32,000 nucleotides of DNA from the NCBI RefSeq assembly GCF_964030745.1, contig NZ_OZ034918.1, forward strand, positions 570,001-602,000. Direction: 5' to 3'. This DNA is from Candidatus Saccharimonadota bacterium. Lineage in GTDB: Bacteria; Bacteroidota; Bacteroidia; Cytophagales; Amoebophilaceae. Position 1 is the first letter of the stretch; each line of letters opens with the position of its first letter. A model generated the notes under the pieces. It did no database searches, was not told where the DNA came from, and saw only the letters and a list, made by a program, of their open reading frames with translations. This document shows, one piece after another, positions 9,333 through 19,307 of this stretch. The position numbers and the translations under genes were made by a program.

Positions 9333-9716
9333 TTATTGACCGGTCAATGCTATCAACTTAAAGAATGTATGTTGTTGACTATTAAATAATATAGCATTCT
9401 TGGAACCATACAAAGCAATAAGTTGCGCATCTACCTTATCAGTTTTAGTTATATGATGCATTGCCTTAGAAAAGTGTTTGATTTGCCTTGGATTAACAAC
9501 TGAAACAGCTATCTCAGCTGATACAAGCATCTCTACTAATAAAGAACCATAATTGCCAGTAGCCTCTAAAACACAGTGATGCAAGGATTTATCAAGTTGA
9601 GCTAAAAATAGATTAATCCCATTTACATCATTTGTATAGGTAACTGTAGTAAAGCCTGAACCTTTACGAAAAGCAGCTACAAAACTGCTTTTTGCTATAT
9701 CAATGTCTATATATAT
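9333..9716 (-). pseudogene. IS110-family transposase, N-terminal fragment only
   Basis: The minus-strand frame reads IYIDIDIAKSSFVAAF...HHCVLEATGNYGSLLVEMLVSAEIAVSVVNPRQIKHFSKA...KTDKVDAQLIALYG, a DEDD/RuvC-like IS110 N-domain. There is no canonical start (ATA where ATG is expected). The frame ends after ~125 aa and lacks the C-terminal domain. Confidence 0.8.
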
Positions 9717-10004
9717 TTCATATTATTAGAAGTTTATACTAAATTGATCCATCTTCTAAACTATCGTCGCAACCACGGGCTCTAAGGGCCACGAACTATG
9801 CAGTTTTTAAGATGAAAAGAGCTGGGAGCGGAACGTGTAAAACGGTATCTAATACTAGTACTTAGGCAACCTTATTCCAACTCTTTAATTAACATAAGCT
9901 TATAATACAAACGTACGACACTTATATCAAAAGACCCGACAGACCCGTTCCTGAACCTTTTTTCCTACCTTTAATACATCTTCTATTACCTGAATTAACC
10001 TGAC

Positions 10005-11762
10005 ATGTATACCCGTAAACTACCAATCGGCCTTAGTAACTTCCATAAGCTGGTAACCAACGATTACCTCTTTTGTGATAAAACACCTATGATTGCTGAA
10101 TTCTTGGAAAAGGGAGAAGAAGTTACGTTAATTACCCGACCTCGTCGTTGGGGCAAGACCCTGAATATGTCTATGTTGCAGCATTTCTTTGCTTCAGAGG
10201 TCAATGGGGTAAATACAGCAGGCTTATTTGATAATTTAGCCATAGGTAGATTAGAAGGTGCTCGATACATTAAGCAATACCAAGGAAAGTACCCTGTTAT
10301 TATGTTAAGCTTTAAGGATGTCAATGCAGATAGCTTTCAAGGGGCTTACAATGCAGTGTATGAATTGATCTTAAAGGTTTATAGCTTTTATCTCTATTTA
10401 TTTACAAGTGATAAAGTTAATGAGCTACAGTTAGAGCAATTGTATGTTATTCGCAATAGACAAGCTAATCAACAACAATTAGAATCCTCTTTAGAATTAC
10501 TCAGCCAATGCCTCTACCAACATCATGGTCAAAAAGTCTATATTTTGATAGATGAGTATGATACCCCGCTTAATAAAGCTTATGGCAATCAGGCATACTT
10601 GAATGATATAGTCGCATTTATGCGTAATCTCTTTAGTGCTGCCTTAAAAGATAATGATGCACTAGAAAGAGGCGTATTAACTGGTATACTGCGTGTTTCT
10701 AAGGATAGTATGCTTTCTGGATTGAATAACCTCAAAACTTACACCCTTTTAGATAAAGGTTATAGCAGCCACTTTGGTTTGAGCGAAATAGAAGTTCAAG
10801 ATTTATTTACCAAACAGAATCTTGCTATTTGCATGGACCAAGTAAAAAGTTGGTACAATGGTTACAAGGTAGGAGATTTAGTCATGTATAATCCTTGGTC
10901 CATTATTTACTGTTTGAGTGAAGAGGGTCGATTTGATGTCTATTGGGTAAATACAGGAAATAATGATTTAATTAAACAACTCATTCTTTCCTCTAATGAG
11001 AGCATTAAAGAGCAATTTACACAATTGATGCAAGGAGAAGCGTTAAGGGTATCTATCGATAAACATCTTGCTTTTGATGTGTTGGATAGAGATGAAATTG
11101 CTTTGTGGAGTTTACTGTTGTTTGCTGGATATATAACCTTTCAAACAAGTAACCTAAGTTTAGATAGTGATTTATATGATTGTATAGTTAGGGTTCCCAA
11201 TCATGAAATACGTAGACTCTACAATAGATTCTTTAAAGAATGGTTAAGTAGTAAGTTTGTTGATCAAGGCGTTTATGCCTCTTTTTTAGAACATTTAGTA
11301 GCTGGATCGGTGCCTCTTTTTGTAGCACAACTGAGCTTCTTCTTATGTCAAAGTGTTAGCTGTTTTGATACACAAGTTCCAAGAAAATCAGAAGGGTTTT
11401 ACCATGGTTTTGTTCTGGCCATGTTGGCGAGTTTGGGAAGAACCCACTATATACGCTCCAATAGAGAAAGTGGCTTAGGGCGTTATGATGTGCTACTGAT
11501 TCCCAAAGAAGGTACGCAGGCAGTTTTATTGGAATTTAAGCATGTACGTAAGGAAGAAGATTTGAAAAATGCAGCTCAATTTGCGTTAGATCAAATACAA
11601 TTGCAAGCGTATCATACTGAATTATTACAATATCCGCATGTTAAAGAAGTCATAGAATGCGGCATTGCTTTTTCCGGAAAGTCTGTATTAGCTGCTTATG
11701 CTACTTATGATTTGGTGCATAGACAAGCTGGAGCAGTGAGTTGGACGGAACTATATAAATAA
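10005..11762 (+). CDS. AAA-ATPase-like / PD-(D/E)XK nuclease family protein (paralog 1)
   Basis: 585 aa. Motifs: CDKTPMI..LITRPRRWGKTLNMSML (P-loop-like), VYILIDEYDTPLN (Walker-B-like), and C-terminal ESGLGRYDVLLIP...VLLEFKHV (D...ExK nuclease motif). This architecture is the one I recall as Pfam AAA-ATPase_like plus PDDEXK_9. Confidence 0.85.
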   Translation: MYTRKLPIGLSNFHKLVTNDYLFCDKTPMIAEFLEKGEEVTLITRPRRWGKTLNMSMLQHFFASEVNGVNTAGLFDNLAIGRLEGARYIKQYQGKYPVIMLSFKDVNADSFQGAYNAVYELILKVYSFYLYLFTSDKVNELQLEQLYVIRNRQANQQQLESSLELLSQCLYQHHGQKVYILIDEYDTPLNKAYGNQAYLNDIVAFMRNLFSAALKDNDALERGVLTGILRVSKDSMLSGLNNLKTYTLLDKGYSSHFGLSEIEVQDLFTKQNLAICMDQVKSWYNGYKVGDLVMYNPWSIIYCLSEEGRFDVYWVNTGNNDLIKQLILSSNESIKEQFTQLMQGEALRVSIDKHLAFDVLDRDEIALWSLLLFAGYITFQTSNLSLDSDLYDCIVRVPNHEIRRLYNRFFKEWLSSKFVDQGVYASFLEHLVAGSVPLFVAQLSFFLCQSVSCFDTQVPRKSEGFYHGFVLAMLASLGRTHYIRSNRESGLGRYDVLLIPKEGTQAVLLEFKHVRKEEDLKNAAQFALDQIQLQAYHTELLQYPHVKEVIECGIAFSGKSVLAAYATYDLVHRQAGAVSWTELYK

Positions 11763-11869
11763 GGAAGAGTGGTATAATACACGCCCTTGAATTAGCTACT
11801 CTGTAAAAAACTATATAAATTTAGGGTGTGTTTTTAGCTTTAGATCGATAATAAAGGAATATAGTAATG

Positions 11870-11934
11870 TGTAGTAGTTGATATTTATAGCCAAGACAAT
11901 TTAACAATTGTCAGATTAAATATCAACTACTACA
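11870..11934. repeat. Perfect 18-bp inverted repeat with 29-nt spacer between the convergent AAA/PD-(D/E)XK genes
   Basis: tgtagtagttgatattta (11870-11887) pairs with taaatatcaactactaca (11917-11934). The right arm overlaps the last codons and stop of the 11923-13752 gene. It may act as a bidirectional terminator or may be an IS-end remnant. Confidence 0.8.
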
Positions 11935-13752
11935 TGTTTCTACTTCTTGAAAATAGCCAGCAGCATTAACGTTAAAATTTTTACGTGACATTACCTGAAA
12001 AGTATGCCACTCATCGCGTTGATGTATTTCAATAACTGCCTCTGTAATATTGAGTTTTGCAGCATCACATTTTAAACCTATAAGCACCTTCTTATGGCAT
12101 AAATCATATTGAAGGCTATAATCTTTATGACGTATTTGCTCCAAAGCTTCTAAGGCTGGTTTATCTACTTTTAGCTCAAAAATATAGATGGTTCTATGCT
12201 CATTATCTTGGTCTTCCATAATGATATCTGTACGGCCTATACCACTATCCCTTTCAGCACTAGCCCAAATACCATCGCTGGTATGAAAAGCACCGTTGAG
12301 AAAGGAGTATAAAGCACCCTGAAAACTCCTTTCAGATTTATCGAGAAAGCGGTAGCCTGCTTTGGCCAAGCAACCACTTCTAAGGCAGTTAAAGAAGGCC
12401 AACCAGTTGTCCGTTCTTAAATAATCTAGAATAGAATCTCTATATACCCTTCCTGCTGCTGCTTGTTTTTGAGCTATAAAATCAGCTAATACAAGTTTTA
12501 AAGCAGATTTTACTTCCCCATTAGGAAATTTTAAATAGTAATCAGTTTCGTTTTTGTCCGTTCTACAATCATTTGTAAATCCATCAGGATCTAACGTAAG
12601 GTACCCGGTTTGATACATTAGAGGCAGTAGAGGAGTTGTATGGAGCGTGCTAGCAACATATTCGAATGACTCTTGACTCATGATAAAATCATCTTTATCC
12701 CAATCTATGTTGAACCTACCGATATTATTTTTGATTTGTTGTAGTAAGATGGTAGGGTTACCAGAGTTGGACCAGTAATTACCAAATGATTTATCTCTAA
12801 AAAATTTTAATATAGAGTCTGGATTATAAACGCTTATTATTTTATCATCTGTAAAGCAATACCCATTATAATAATCCTTTAACGCTTGCTTGAGTTGAAT
12901 AAGTGTGTACTTTTCTTCCTGTCTCTTTTTTCTGTTAAGTTTTTCAAGTACTGGATTAATAATTTTTTCCTTGCTAAGGAATAGGTTGTCAATATCCTCT
13001 TCTGTATACCCCAACATCTCTGCATAATCCTCATGCAAGGATATATCATTGGCTGAATTGGCCCCTGAGGTAAGACCAGATAAATGAAATTTAGTTACAC
13101 CCGTTACAAAAATAAATTTACAGTCCTTCTGATGGGCTTTTAAAACTTTGAAAAATGAACTCAGAACGGATAGTACCTCTTCATACTGTTCTTTTTCACA
13201 GGAAATTAGTGGACTGTCGTATTCATCAATTAAGATAATGGGGGTAGGTTCATAATTATCTAGTTTGTTCAACAAATTAATTACTCTCTTTAGGTAATCT
13301 TCACATGCTTCATCTATCGAAATATTTATCTTATCGTTTACCTCAAAAAGCTCAGCAATATCATACAACTTTCTGTTAAGGCTTTTTTTTAGTTCCGTTG
13401 GGCCATCTTTAGCCAATTCTGAGAAATTCAACCAAATAACTGGATATTTTTTCCACTTATAGGTTGGATCTTCATAAATAGCACACCCTGTAAATAATGC
13501 TTTATTTCCTTTTGCTATTTGATCTATGGTATCAAGGAGTAGCGATTTACCAAATCTGCGTGGTCTTATAAAGAAGAAATAAGTACCATCATCGTTAAAT
13601 AGCTTAGCTATATAAGAGGTTTTATCTGCATAAAAGCTAGCATCTATCATCTGTTTGACGCTAGATTTTCCAATAGGAATGCGTACACCTCTGGCAGTGA
13701 TTGTTTTGCTTTCCTCGGTGCTTAAGCCTTTATCTTCTCTTTTATATTCCAT
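11923..13752 (-). CDS. AAA-ATPase-like / PD-(D/E)XK nuclease family protein (paralog 2)
   Basis: 609 aa, ATG start. Motifs: YADKTSYI..FIRPRRFGKSLLLDTI, PIILIDEYDSPL, and C-terminal DSGIGRTDIIMED...IYIFELKVD. Same architecture as 10005-11762. Confidence 0.85.
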   Translation of the reverse strand: MEYKREDKGLSTEESKTITARGVRIPIGKSSVKQMIDASFYADKTSYIAKLFNDDGTYFFFIRPRRFGKSLLLDTIDQIAKGNKALFTGCAIYEDPTYKWKKYPVIWLNFSELAKDGPTELKKSLNRKLYDIAELFEVNDKINISIDEACEDYLKRVINLLNKLDNYEPTPIILIDEYDSPLISCEKEQYEEVLSVLSSFFKVLKAHQKDCKFIFVTGVTKFHLSGLTSGANSANDISLHEDYAEMLGYTEEDIDNLFLSKEKIINPVLEKLNRKKRQEEKYTLIQLKQALKDYYNGYCFTDDKIISVYNPDSILKFFRDKSFGNYWSNSGNPTILLQQIKNNIGRFNIDWDKDDFIMSQESFEYVASTLHTTPLLPLMYQTGYLTLDPDGFTNDCRTDKNETDYYLKFPNGEVKSALKLVLADFIAQKQAAAGRVYRDSILDYLRTDNWLAFFNCLRSGCLAKAGYRFLDKSERSFQGALYSFLNGAFHTSDGIWASAERDSGIGRTDIIMEDQDNEHRTIYIFELKVDKPALEALEQIRHKDYSLQYDLCHKKVLIGLKCDAAKLNITEAVIEIHQRDEWHTFQVMSRKNFNVNAAGYFQEVETCSS

Positions 13753-13997
13753 TTCTTTTTATTTAGGGATCTATAATTGTGGCACACACTGCAAGATAGA
13801 TAGTTTTCATAGCATTTAGTTAGGAATGATTAGCTTTTCAATATTCTGGAAAGTATTGTTACGGTAAAATACCTATACAAACTTGGGAAGATAGCAAAAA
13901 ACTAGTCTTTGAAAAAAAATAACTAAATCGCCTATCTTAAAACCATACGTGATAAACTAAACTTAACGGACATGTATATATGCTAATTTTTACTACC

Positions 13998-14023
13998 TGT
14001 CAGATTAAATATCAATTACTACA
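13998..14023 (+). repeat. 26-nt direct repeat of 11909-11934, continuing into a solo IS-end-like sequence
   Basis: tgtcagattaaatatcaaTtactaca matches tgtcagattaaatatcaaCtactaca at 25 of 26 positions. It is followed by caatggcctca, which resembles the IS5-element right end (cacaacggcctcaa). Confidence 0.8.
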
Positions 14024-14035
14024 CAATGGCCTCAT

Positions 14036-14135
14036 CTTATTTCTAATGGCAATTTTTTAAATGCAGCGTGGTTGAGCACCGAAGCATACTAGATGTATTT
14101 GAAGCGCTATAAACAAGCCTCATCATTAAAATTGA
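14036..14135. repeat. Degenerate, rearranged MITE-B copy
   Basis: It has the left subterminal sequence tatttctaatggcaatttt. This is followed by the MITE-B interior in inverted orientation (gagcaccgaagcatactagatgtatttga matches the reverse complement of tcaaatacatctagtattctgcggtgctc). The outer terminal inverted repeats are missing. Confidence 0.65.
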
Positions 14136-14279
14136 CTTTAATCCCTTCACATAAATTATTTCTATAAAAGGTTGAACCTTTGGTTGCATTTAGCTAAGTT
14201 TGTTGTACACATCAATTGAAGGCCTTATTGTAGTCTTAAATTACATGCCACTTACCAAATCGTAAAACGAAAAAATCAG

Positions 14280-15275
14280 ATGAGCAACGATACTTATGTA
14301 GATGAACCTCTTTTGCAAGAGAATAAAAATAGATTTGTTTTATTCCCTATTGAGCATCACGATATTTGGAGTTTCTATAAACAAGCGGAGGCCAGTTTTT
14401 GGACTGCAGAGGAGATTGACCTTAGTCAGGATATAAAAGACTGGGAAAACTTAACATCTGGTGAAAAGCACTTTATTACCCATGTGCTTGCTTTTTTTGC
14501 TGCTAGCGATGGCATTGTAAATGAAAATTTGGTTCAAAACTTTGCCAATGAGGTACAATATACAGAGGCTAAGTTTTTTTATGGATTCCAGATTGCTATT
14601 GAAAACATCCACTCTGAAGCCTATTCTTTACTGATCGATACCTATGTCAAAGATCCCAAAGAACGCCATAGATTATTCAATGCTATAGAAACCATTGAGT
14701 GGGTGGGGAAAAAGGCAGATTGGGCGTTGCGTTGGATTAGTAAAGGTTCCTTTGCAGAGCGGTTAATTGCCTTTGCAGCAGTAGAAGGGATCTTTTTTTC
14801 TGGTAGTTTCTGTGCGATTTTTTGGCTTAAAAAAAGGGGATTAATGCCAGGGCTAACCTTTTCTAACGAGCTTATTTCTAGAGATGAGGGGCTACACTGC
14901 GATTTTGCTTGCTTGCTCTATAACCAACATATCAAAAACAAACTCCCGGAAGAGCGGGTTGCTCAAATTATAGCTGATGCAGTTGCCATTGAAAGTGAAT
15001 TTGTATCTGATGCCTTGCCAGTCAAGTTGATTGGTATGAATGCAGCGTTGATGACCCAGTATATTCAATTTGTTGCCGATAGACTGCTATTAGAGCTGGG
15101 ATGCAAAAAAATCTATCATGTAACCAACCCATTTGATTTTATGGAAATGATTGCTTTGCAAGGCAAAACCAATTTCTTTGAGAAGCGAGTAGGCGAGTAC
15201 CAAAAATCAGGGGTCATGAGCAGCATCTCTGAAGATAAAGACAAAGCACGATTTAAATTAGATGAGGAGTTTTAA
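14280..15275 (+). CDS. nrdB: Ribonucleoside-diphosphate reductase, class Ia, small (R2/beta) subunit
   Basis: 331 aa. Strongly R2-like and especially close to eukaryotic R2 as I recall it: [69 protein letters not shown] (radical Tyr and ExxH present), SRDEGLH, and a C-terminal FKLDEEF tail. Confidence 0.95.
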   Translation: MSNDTYVDEPLLQENKNRFVLFPIEHHDIWSFYKQAEASFWTAEEIDLSQDIKDWENLTSGEKHFITHVLAFFAASDGIVNENLVQNFANEVQYTEAKFFYGFQIAIENIHSEAYSLLIDTYVKDPKERHRLFNAIETIEWVGKKADWALRWISKGSFAERLIAFAAVEGIFFSGSFCAIFWLKKRGLMPGLTFSNELISRDEGLHCDFACLLYNQHIKNKLPEERVAQIIADAVAIESEFVSDALPVKLIGMNAALMTQYIQFVADRLLLELGCKKIYHVTNPFDFMEMIALQGKTNFFEKRVGEYQKSGVMSSISEDKDKARFKLDEEF

Positions 15276-15486
15276 AACTTTATCAAAAATTCCCAAGTAG
15301 TAGCCTTACATACAGCCTTTAATCCTTAAGCAGTTAGATGCATCCTATGCAGCAGCACTATTCTCTATTAGCCAGGGGAGAAAATGCTTACGGAGTGCAT
15401 ATGGATCATCTGATGTAGACCACTGAGTGTGATGCATGGCATGCCTATTATTCGATGAACAATCAATAAAATATTATAAAGAGTAG

Positions 15487-17817
15487 ATGTTAGTTATAAA
15501 ACGCGATGGACGCTTAGAATCAGTTAAATTCGATAAAATAACCGCTAGAATAGAAAAGCTCTGCTATGGGTTAAATAGGGATTATATCGATGTCATAGCT
15601 ATTGTTAAAAAGATTATTGAAGGCATTTATGATCAGGTAACTACTTCAGCTATAGACAACTTGGCGGCAGAAACAGTAGCAACAATGGCGGTATACCATC
15701 CAGATTACGCTATTCTAGCTGCACGCATAGCGATTTCCAACCTACATAAGGAAACGAGTAAATCTTTTTCTAGTACCATAAAAAGGCTCTATACCTATGT
15801 AAATCCCTCAACTGGTCAGCATGCTTCCCTTATAGCTCAGGATGTGTATAAAATTATTTCCAGCCATGCAGCAACTTTAGATAATGCCATTGTGCATGAA
15901 CGTGATTTTACCTATGATTTTTTTGGTTTTAAAACATTAGAGCGTTCTTATCTGCTGAAAATAAATGGAAGGGTTGTAGAACGTCCTCAGTATATGTTGA
16001 TGCGTGTAGCAGTAGGCATTCATGGAAATGATTTAGATGCTGTGCTTGAGACCTATCAGCTCCTGTCTGAAAAATGGTTTACCCATGCCACGCCTACGCT
16101 TTTTAATGCAGGCACACCTAACCCACAACTTTCTTCCTGCTTTTTACTAACCATGCAAAGCGATAGCATTGAAGGTATTTACAATACCCTTACACAGTGT
16201 GCAAAAATATCTCAATTTGCTGGAGGCATTGGATTAAGCATTCATAACATACGTGCTACAGGTTCTTATATTCGAGGGACCAATGGTATTTCTAATGGGA
16301 TTGTACCAATGTTGCGGAACTTTGATATGACCGCTCGCTATGTAGATCAAGGAGGAGGCAAACGCAAAGGTAGTTTTGCCATCTATCTAGAGCCTTGGCA
16401 TGCAGATATCTTTGACTTTTTAGAGTTAAAGAAAAACCATGGAAAAGAGGAAAGAAGGGCCAGAGATCTTTTCTATGGGCTGTGGATTCCAGACTTATTT
16501 ATGCAACGTGTAGAGGCAGATGAGATGTGGTCACTCTTTTGTCCTAATGAAGCACCAGGGCTCTCGGACTGTTATGGAGCAGCATTTGAGCAAAAATACA
16601 AACAGTATGAAAAAGAAGGCAAAGCACGTACTTCTATTAAAGCACAAACGCTTTGGTTTGCGATTTTGGAGTCTCAAATAGAAACAGGAACCCCCTATAT
16701 GCTCTACAAAGATGCTGCCAATCAAAAGTCTAATCAAAAAAACTTGGGTACTATAAAGTCTAGCAACCTCTGTACAGAGATTATAGAATATACTTCGCCT
16801 GATGAAATTGCGGTTTGCAATCTTGCCTCTATTGCGCTCCCTATGTTTGTGGATGCCAATCGCTTCTTTGACCACAACAAATTATATACGGTTACCTATC
16901 TGGTCACCAAAAACCTTAACAAGATCATCGATCGGAATTATTACCCTCTAGCGGAAGCCCGCACTTCTAACTTAAGACACAGACCGATTGGTATTGGTGT
17001 GCAGGGACTGGCAGATACATTTCTTAAAATGAAGCTTGTGTTTGACAGCCCAGAAGCACGGTTACTCAATCAAGAAATTTTTGAAACCATTTATTTTGCC
17101 GCATTAACCGCTTCTAAAGATTTGGCACAGAAAGAGGGAGTATATGAAAGCTATCCTGGATCACCCATTTCACAAGGTATACTACAATTTGACATGTGGG
17201 GGGTAACCCCTTCTTCCGGAAGATGGGACTGGGATCACTTGCGTAACGAAATAGCCTGGCATGGCATAAGAAACGCACTACTGGTTGCGCCAATGCCCAC
17301 AGCCTCTACTTCTCAAATCCTGGGAAATAACGAATGCTTTGAACCCTATACCGCTAATATTTACACCCGAAGGGTGCTGTCTGGGGAATTTATTGTGGTA
17401 AATAAATACCTATTAGAGGATCTTATTCAGCTTGGTCTTTGGAATGAACAGGTGAAAGAAGCACTCATGATGGACAATGGCTCCATTCAACAGATTGCCT
17501 GTATTCCACAACACATTAAAAACCTCTATAGAACGGTTTGGGAGATTCCTCAAAAATCTATTATTGACATGGCTGCAGACCGTGCGCCCTATATTTGTCA
17601 AAGTCAAAGCCTAAATCTTTATGTGAAGGATGCAACCATGGCTAAATTAACCTCTATGCATTTTTATGCTTGGAAAAAAGGACTAAAAACGGGAATGTAT
17701 TACCTACGTACCAAGGCTGCAGCAGACGCTATTAAGTTTACCATACAAAAGAAAGAAAAAGTTGAAACACCTTTTCCAAGTGAAGGAGAAAAAGAATGCT
17801 TAATGTGCAGTGGCTAG
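15487..17817 (+). CDS. nrdA: Ribonucleoside-diphosphate reductase, class Ia, large (R1/alpha) subunit
   Basis: 776 aa. It has an N-terminal ATP-cone ([20 protein letters not shown]), the active-site region SSCFL and [26 protein letters not shown], and a C-terminal CLMC redox tail. Confidence 0.95.
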   Translation: MLVIKRDGRLESVKFDKITARIEKLCYGLNRDYIDVIAIVKKIIEGIYDQVTTSAIDNLAAETVATMAVYHPDYAILAARIAISNLHKETSKSFSSTIKRLYTYVNPSTGQHASLIAQDVYKIISSHAATLDNAIVHERDFTYDFFGFKTLERSYLLKINGRVVERPQYMLMRVAVGIHGNDLDAVLETYQLLSEKWFTHATPTLFNAGTPNPQLSSCFLLTMQSDSIEGIYNTLTQCAKISQFAGGIGLSIHNIRATGSYIRGTNGISNGIVPMLRNFDMTARYVDQGGGKRKGSFAIYLEPWHADIFDFLELKKNHGKEERRARDLFYGLWIPDLFMQRVEADEMWSLFCPNEAPGLSDCYGAAFEQKYKQYEKEGKARTSIKAQTLWFAILESQIETGTPYMLYKDAANQKSNQKNLGTIKSSNLCTEIIEYTSPDEIAVCNLASIALPMFVDANRFFDHNKLYTVTYLVTKNLNKIIDRNYYPLAEARTSNLRHRPIGIGVQGLADTFLKMKLVFDSPEARLLNQEIFETIYFAALTASKDLAQKEGVYESYPGSPISQGILQFDMWGVTPSSGRWDWDHLRNEIAWHGIRNALLVAPMPTASTSQILGNNECFEPYTANIYTRRVLSGEFIVVNKYLLEDLIQLGLWNEQVKEALMMDNGSIQQIACIPQHIKNLYRTVWEIPQKSIIDMAADRAPYICQSQSLNLYVKDATMAKLTSMHFYAWKKGLKTGMYYLRTKAAADAIKFTIQKKEKVETPFPSEGEKECLMCSG

Positions 17818-17841
17818 CTGGCCTATTTAACGCTTTGCTTT

Positions 17842-19296
17842 ATGACATACTTTAATATCTCGTTATGTATAATAGCTGCTTTTTTGTTGTTAACCTTGAT
17901 GGTAGGCATTTGCTTTAGTAGGCAAAAAATCACTTTTCGAGAATATGCAGTAGGCAATAAACAATTTGCTACCGCCACCTTGGTGGCTACAGTATTGGCT
18001 ACTTCCTATGGTGGGGGAGGGTTCATTCGTAATGTGCAGTATGTCCATAAACTTGGCCTGTATTGGATTATTCTTGTTTCGTTTGTGGATAGTTTCAGTA
18101 TATGGCTCTTTAGTAGATTGATGTTACGCATGGGGCCATTTATGCACAACCTCTCCATTGCAGAAACGATAGGTAATGTCTATGGTAAGTACCCAAGAAT
18201 TATTACCGCTTTGGTTGGTATTTGTCAGTCTATTATTGGCATTGCTATGCAAATTATCGCAATGGTCTACATGGTTAGCGTGTGTGTAGGTCTAAATTTA
18301 GTTAATTCCCAAATTATTACTATTCTTGCTGCTTTAATCCTTATTGCCTATTCTGTTTTTGGAGGCGTTCGTGCCGTTACCATTACAGATATCTTGCAGT
18401 TTATCACCTTTACTACCATTATTCCATTTTTAGCTTGGTTGATGTTTAAAACAACAGGTAAATCCATAGTAGAGGTCTTCGTTTTTCTACAAACGCAAGA
18501 AAAATTCCAGGTGAGTAGCCTACGCCAGTTTGATATGAATCTATCAGCGATAATTGCAATAGCTCTATGTATTATGGTTCCTGATATCGGGGCACCTGAA
18601 GTTATGCAAAGGGCCTATATGTCTTCTGGTGCTCATCAAGCACAAAAAGTCTTTTCATATGTCAGTTTTTTTAGTTTTTTGATTATAGGTTTTATACTAC
18701 TAATTAGTCTATTTGTTTTTGTAGGGGGAGGGGTAGGGTTACCAAGTGAAGCTATTTGGCATTATATCATAATGAACACTTCCCCCCTTTTTAAGGGCAT
18801 GGTTTGTATCAGCTTGCTTGCTATGGCTATGTCTACAGCTGATTCTTGCCTACATGTTTGCTCTGTTATGGTTAGTCATGATATTATGGCCACCATACAG
18901 GAAGAAATTGATGATGTGCGTAAACTTAAAATAGCTAGATCAACCACATTAGTAGTGGGGCTAGCTAGTATGTTTTTGGCTTTTTATTGTAAGGATCTGG
19001 TGGAATTGCTGATGCTAGGTTTTGCTTTTTCCCTTCCAGTAGTAACTGCTCCTGCTTTGTTAGCTGTTTTTGGTTTTCGAGGTACTTCCCGTACTGCTTT
19101 GATCGGTATGGCTACAGGTGCGCTGGCTATTTTAGTTTGGAATCAATGGGTGGAACCTGTAACGGAAATCAATGGCGCCTTTATCTGTATGTTGGCCAAT
19201 GGTTTGGCTATGATGGCTGCCCACTATTTACTCAAACAGCCAGAAAGTGCAGGGTGGGTTGGCACTAGTGTTATAACTATTGTGAAAACTTTTTAA
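17842..19296 (+). CDS. Sodium:solute symporter (SSS/SLC5) family protein, stand-alone paralog
   Basis: 484 aa, highly hydrophobic and multi-TM. It aligns along its full length with residues 1-472 of the downstream 1203-aa protein. It starts 24 nt after the nrdA stop. Confidence 0.8.
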   Translation: MTYFNISLCIIAAFLLLTLMVGICFSRQKITFREYAVGNKQFATATLVATVLATSYGGGGFIRNVQYVHKLGLYWIILVSFVDSFSIWLFSRLMLRMGPFMHNLSIAETIGNVYGKYPRIITALVGICQSIIGIAMQIIAMVYMVSVCVGLNLVNSQIITILAALILIAYSVFGGVRAVTITDILQFITFTTIIPFLAWLMFKTTGKSIVEVFVFLQTQEKFQVSSLRQFDMNLSAIIAIALCIMVPDIGAPEVMQRAYMSSGAHQAQKVFSYVSFFSFLIIGFILLISLFVFVGGGVGLPSEAIWHYIIMNTSPLFKGMVCISLLAMAMSTADSCLHVCSVMVSHDIMATIQEEIDDVRKLKIARSTTLVVGLASMFLAFYCKDLVELLMLGFAFSLPVVTAPALLAVFGFRGTSRTALIGMATGALAILVWNQWVEPVTEINGAFICMLANGLAMMAAHYLLKQPESAGWVGTSVITIVKTF

Positions 19297-19307
19297 CGAT
19301 TTCTTAT

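Noticed and set aside
14179-14202. Bacteroidota-type promoter upstream of nrdB (TAAGTTTG at 14195-14202 matches the TAnnTTTG -7 element)
   Set aside because: The nearest TTTG (14179-14182) is only 12 nt upstream rather than the ~19-21 nt expected for the -33 element. The motif is short and common in AT-rich DNA. No NrdR-box-like palindrome could be identified with confidence either.
15336-15411. Imperfect inverted repeat in the nrdB-nrdA spacer (agatgcatcctatgca / tgcatatggatcatct) as a regulatory hairpin
   Set aside because: Only 12 of 16 positions pair, with an internal mismatch block and a 44-nt loop. That is too weak to call without comparative support.
14280-17817. Interpreting the eukaryote-like RNR as a recent host-to-symbiont gene transfer
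   Set aside because: Eukaryote-like class Ia R1/R2 pairs are common in Bacteroidota. Composition does not visibly differ from neighbouring genes. It is kept only as a low-interest note pending phylogeny.
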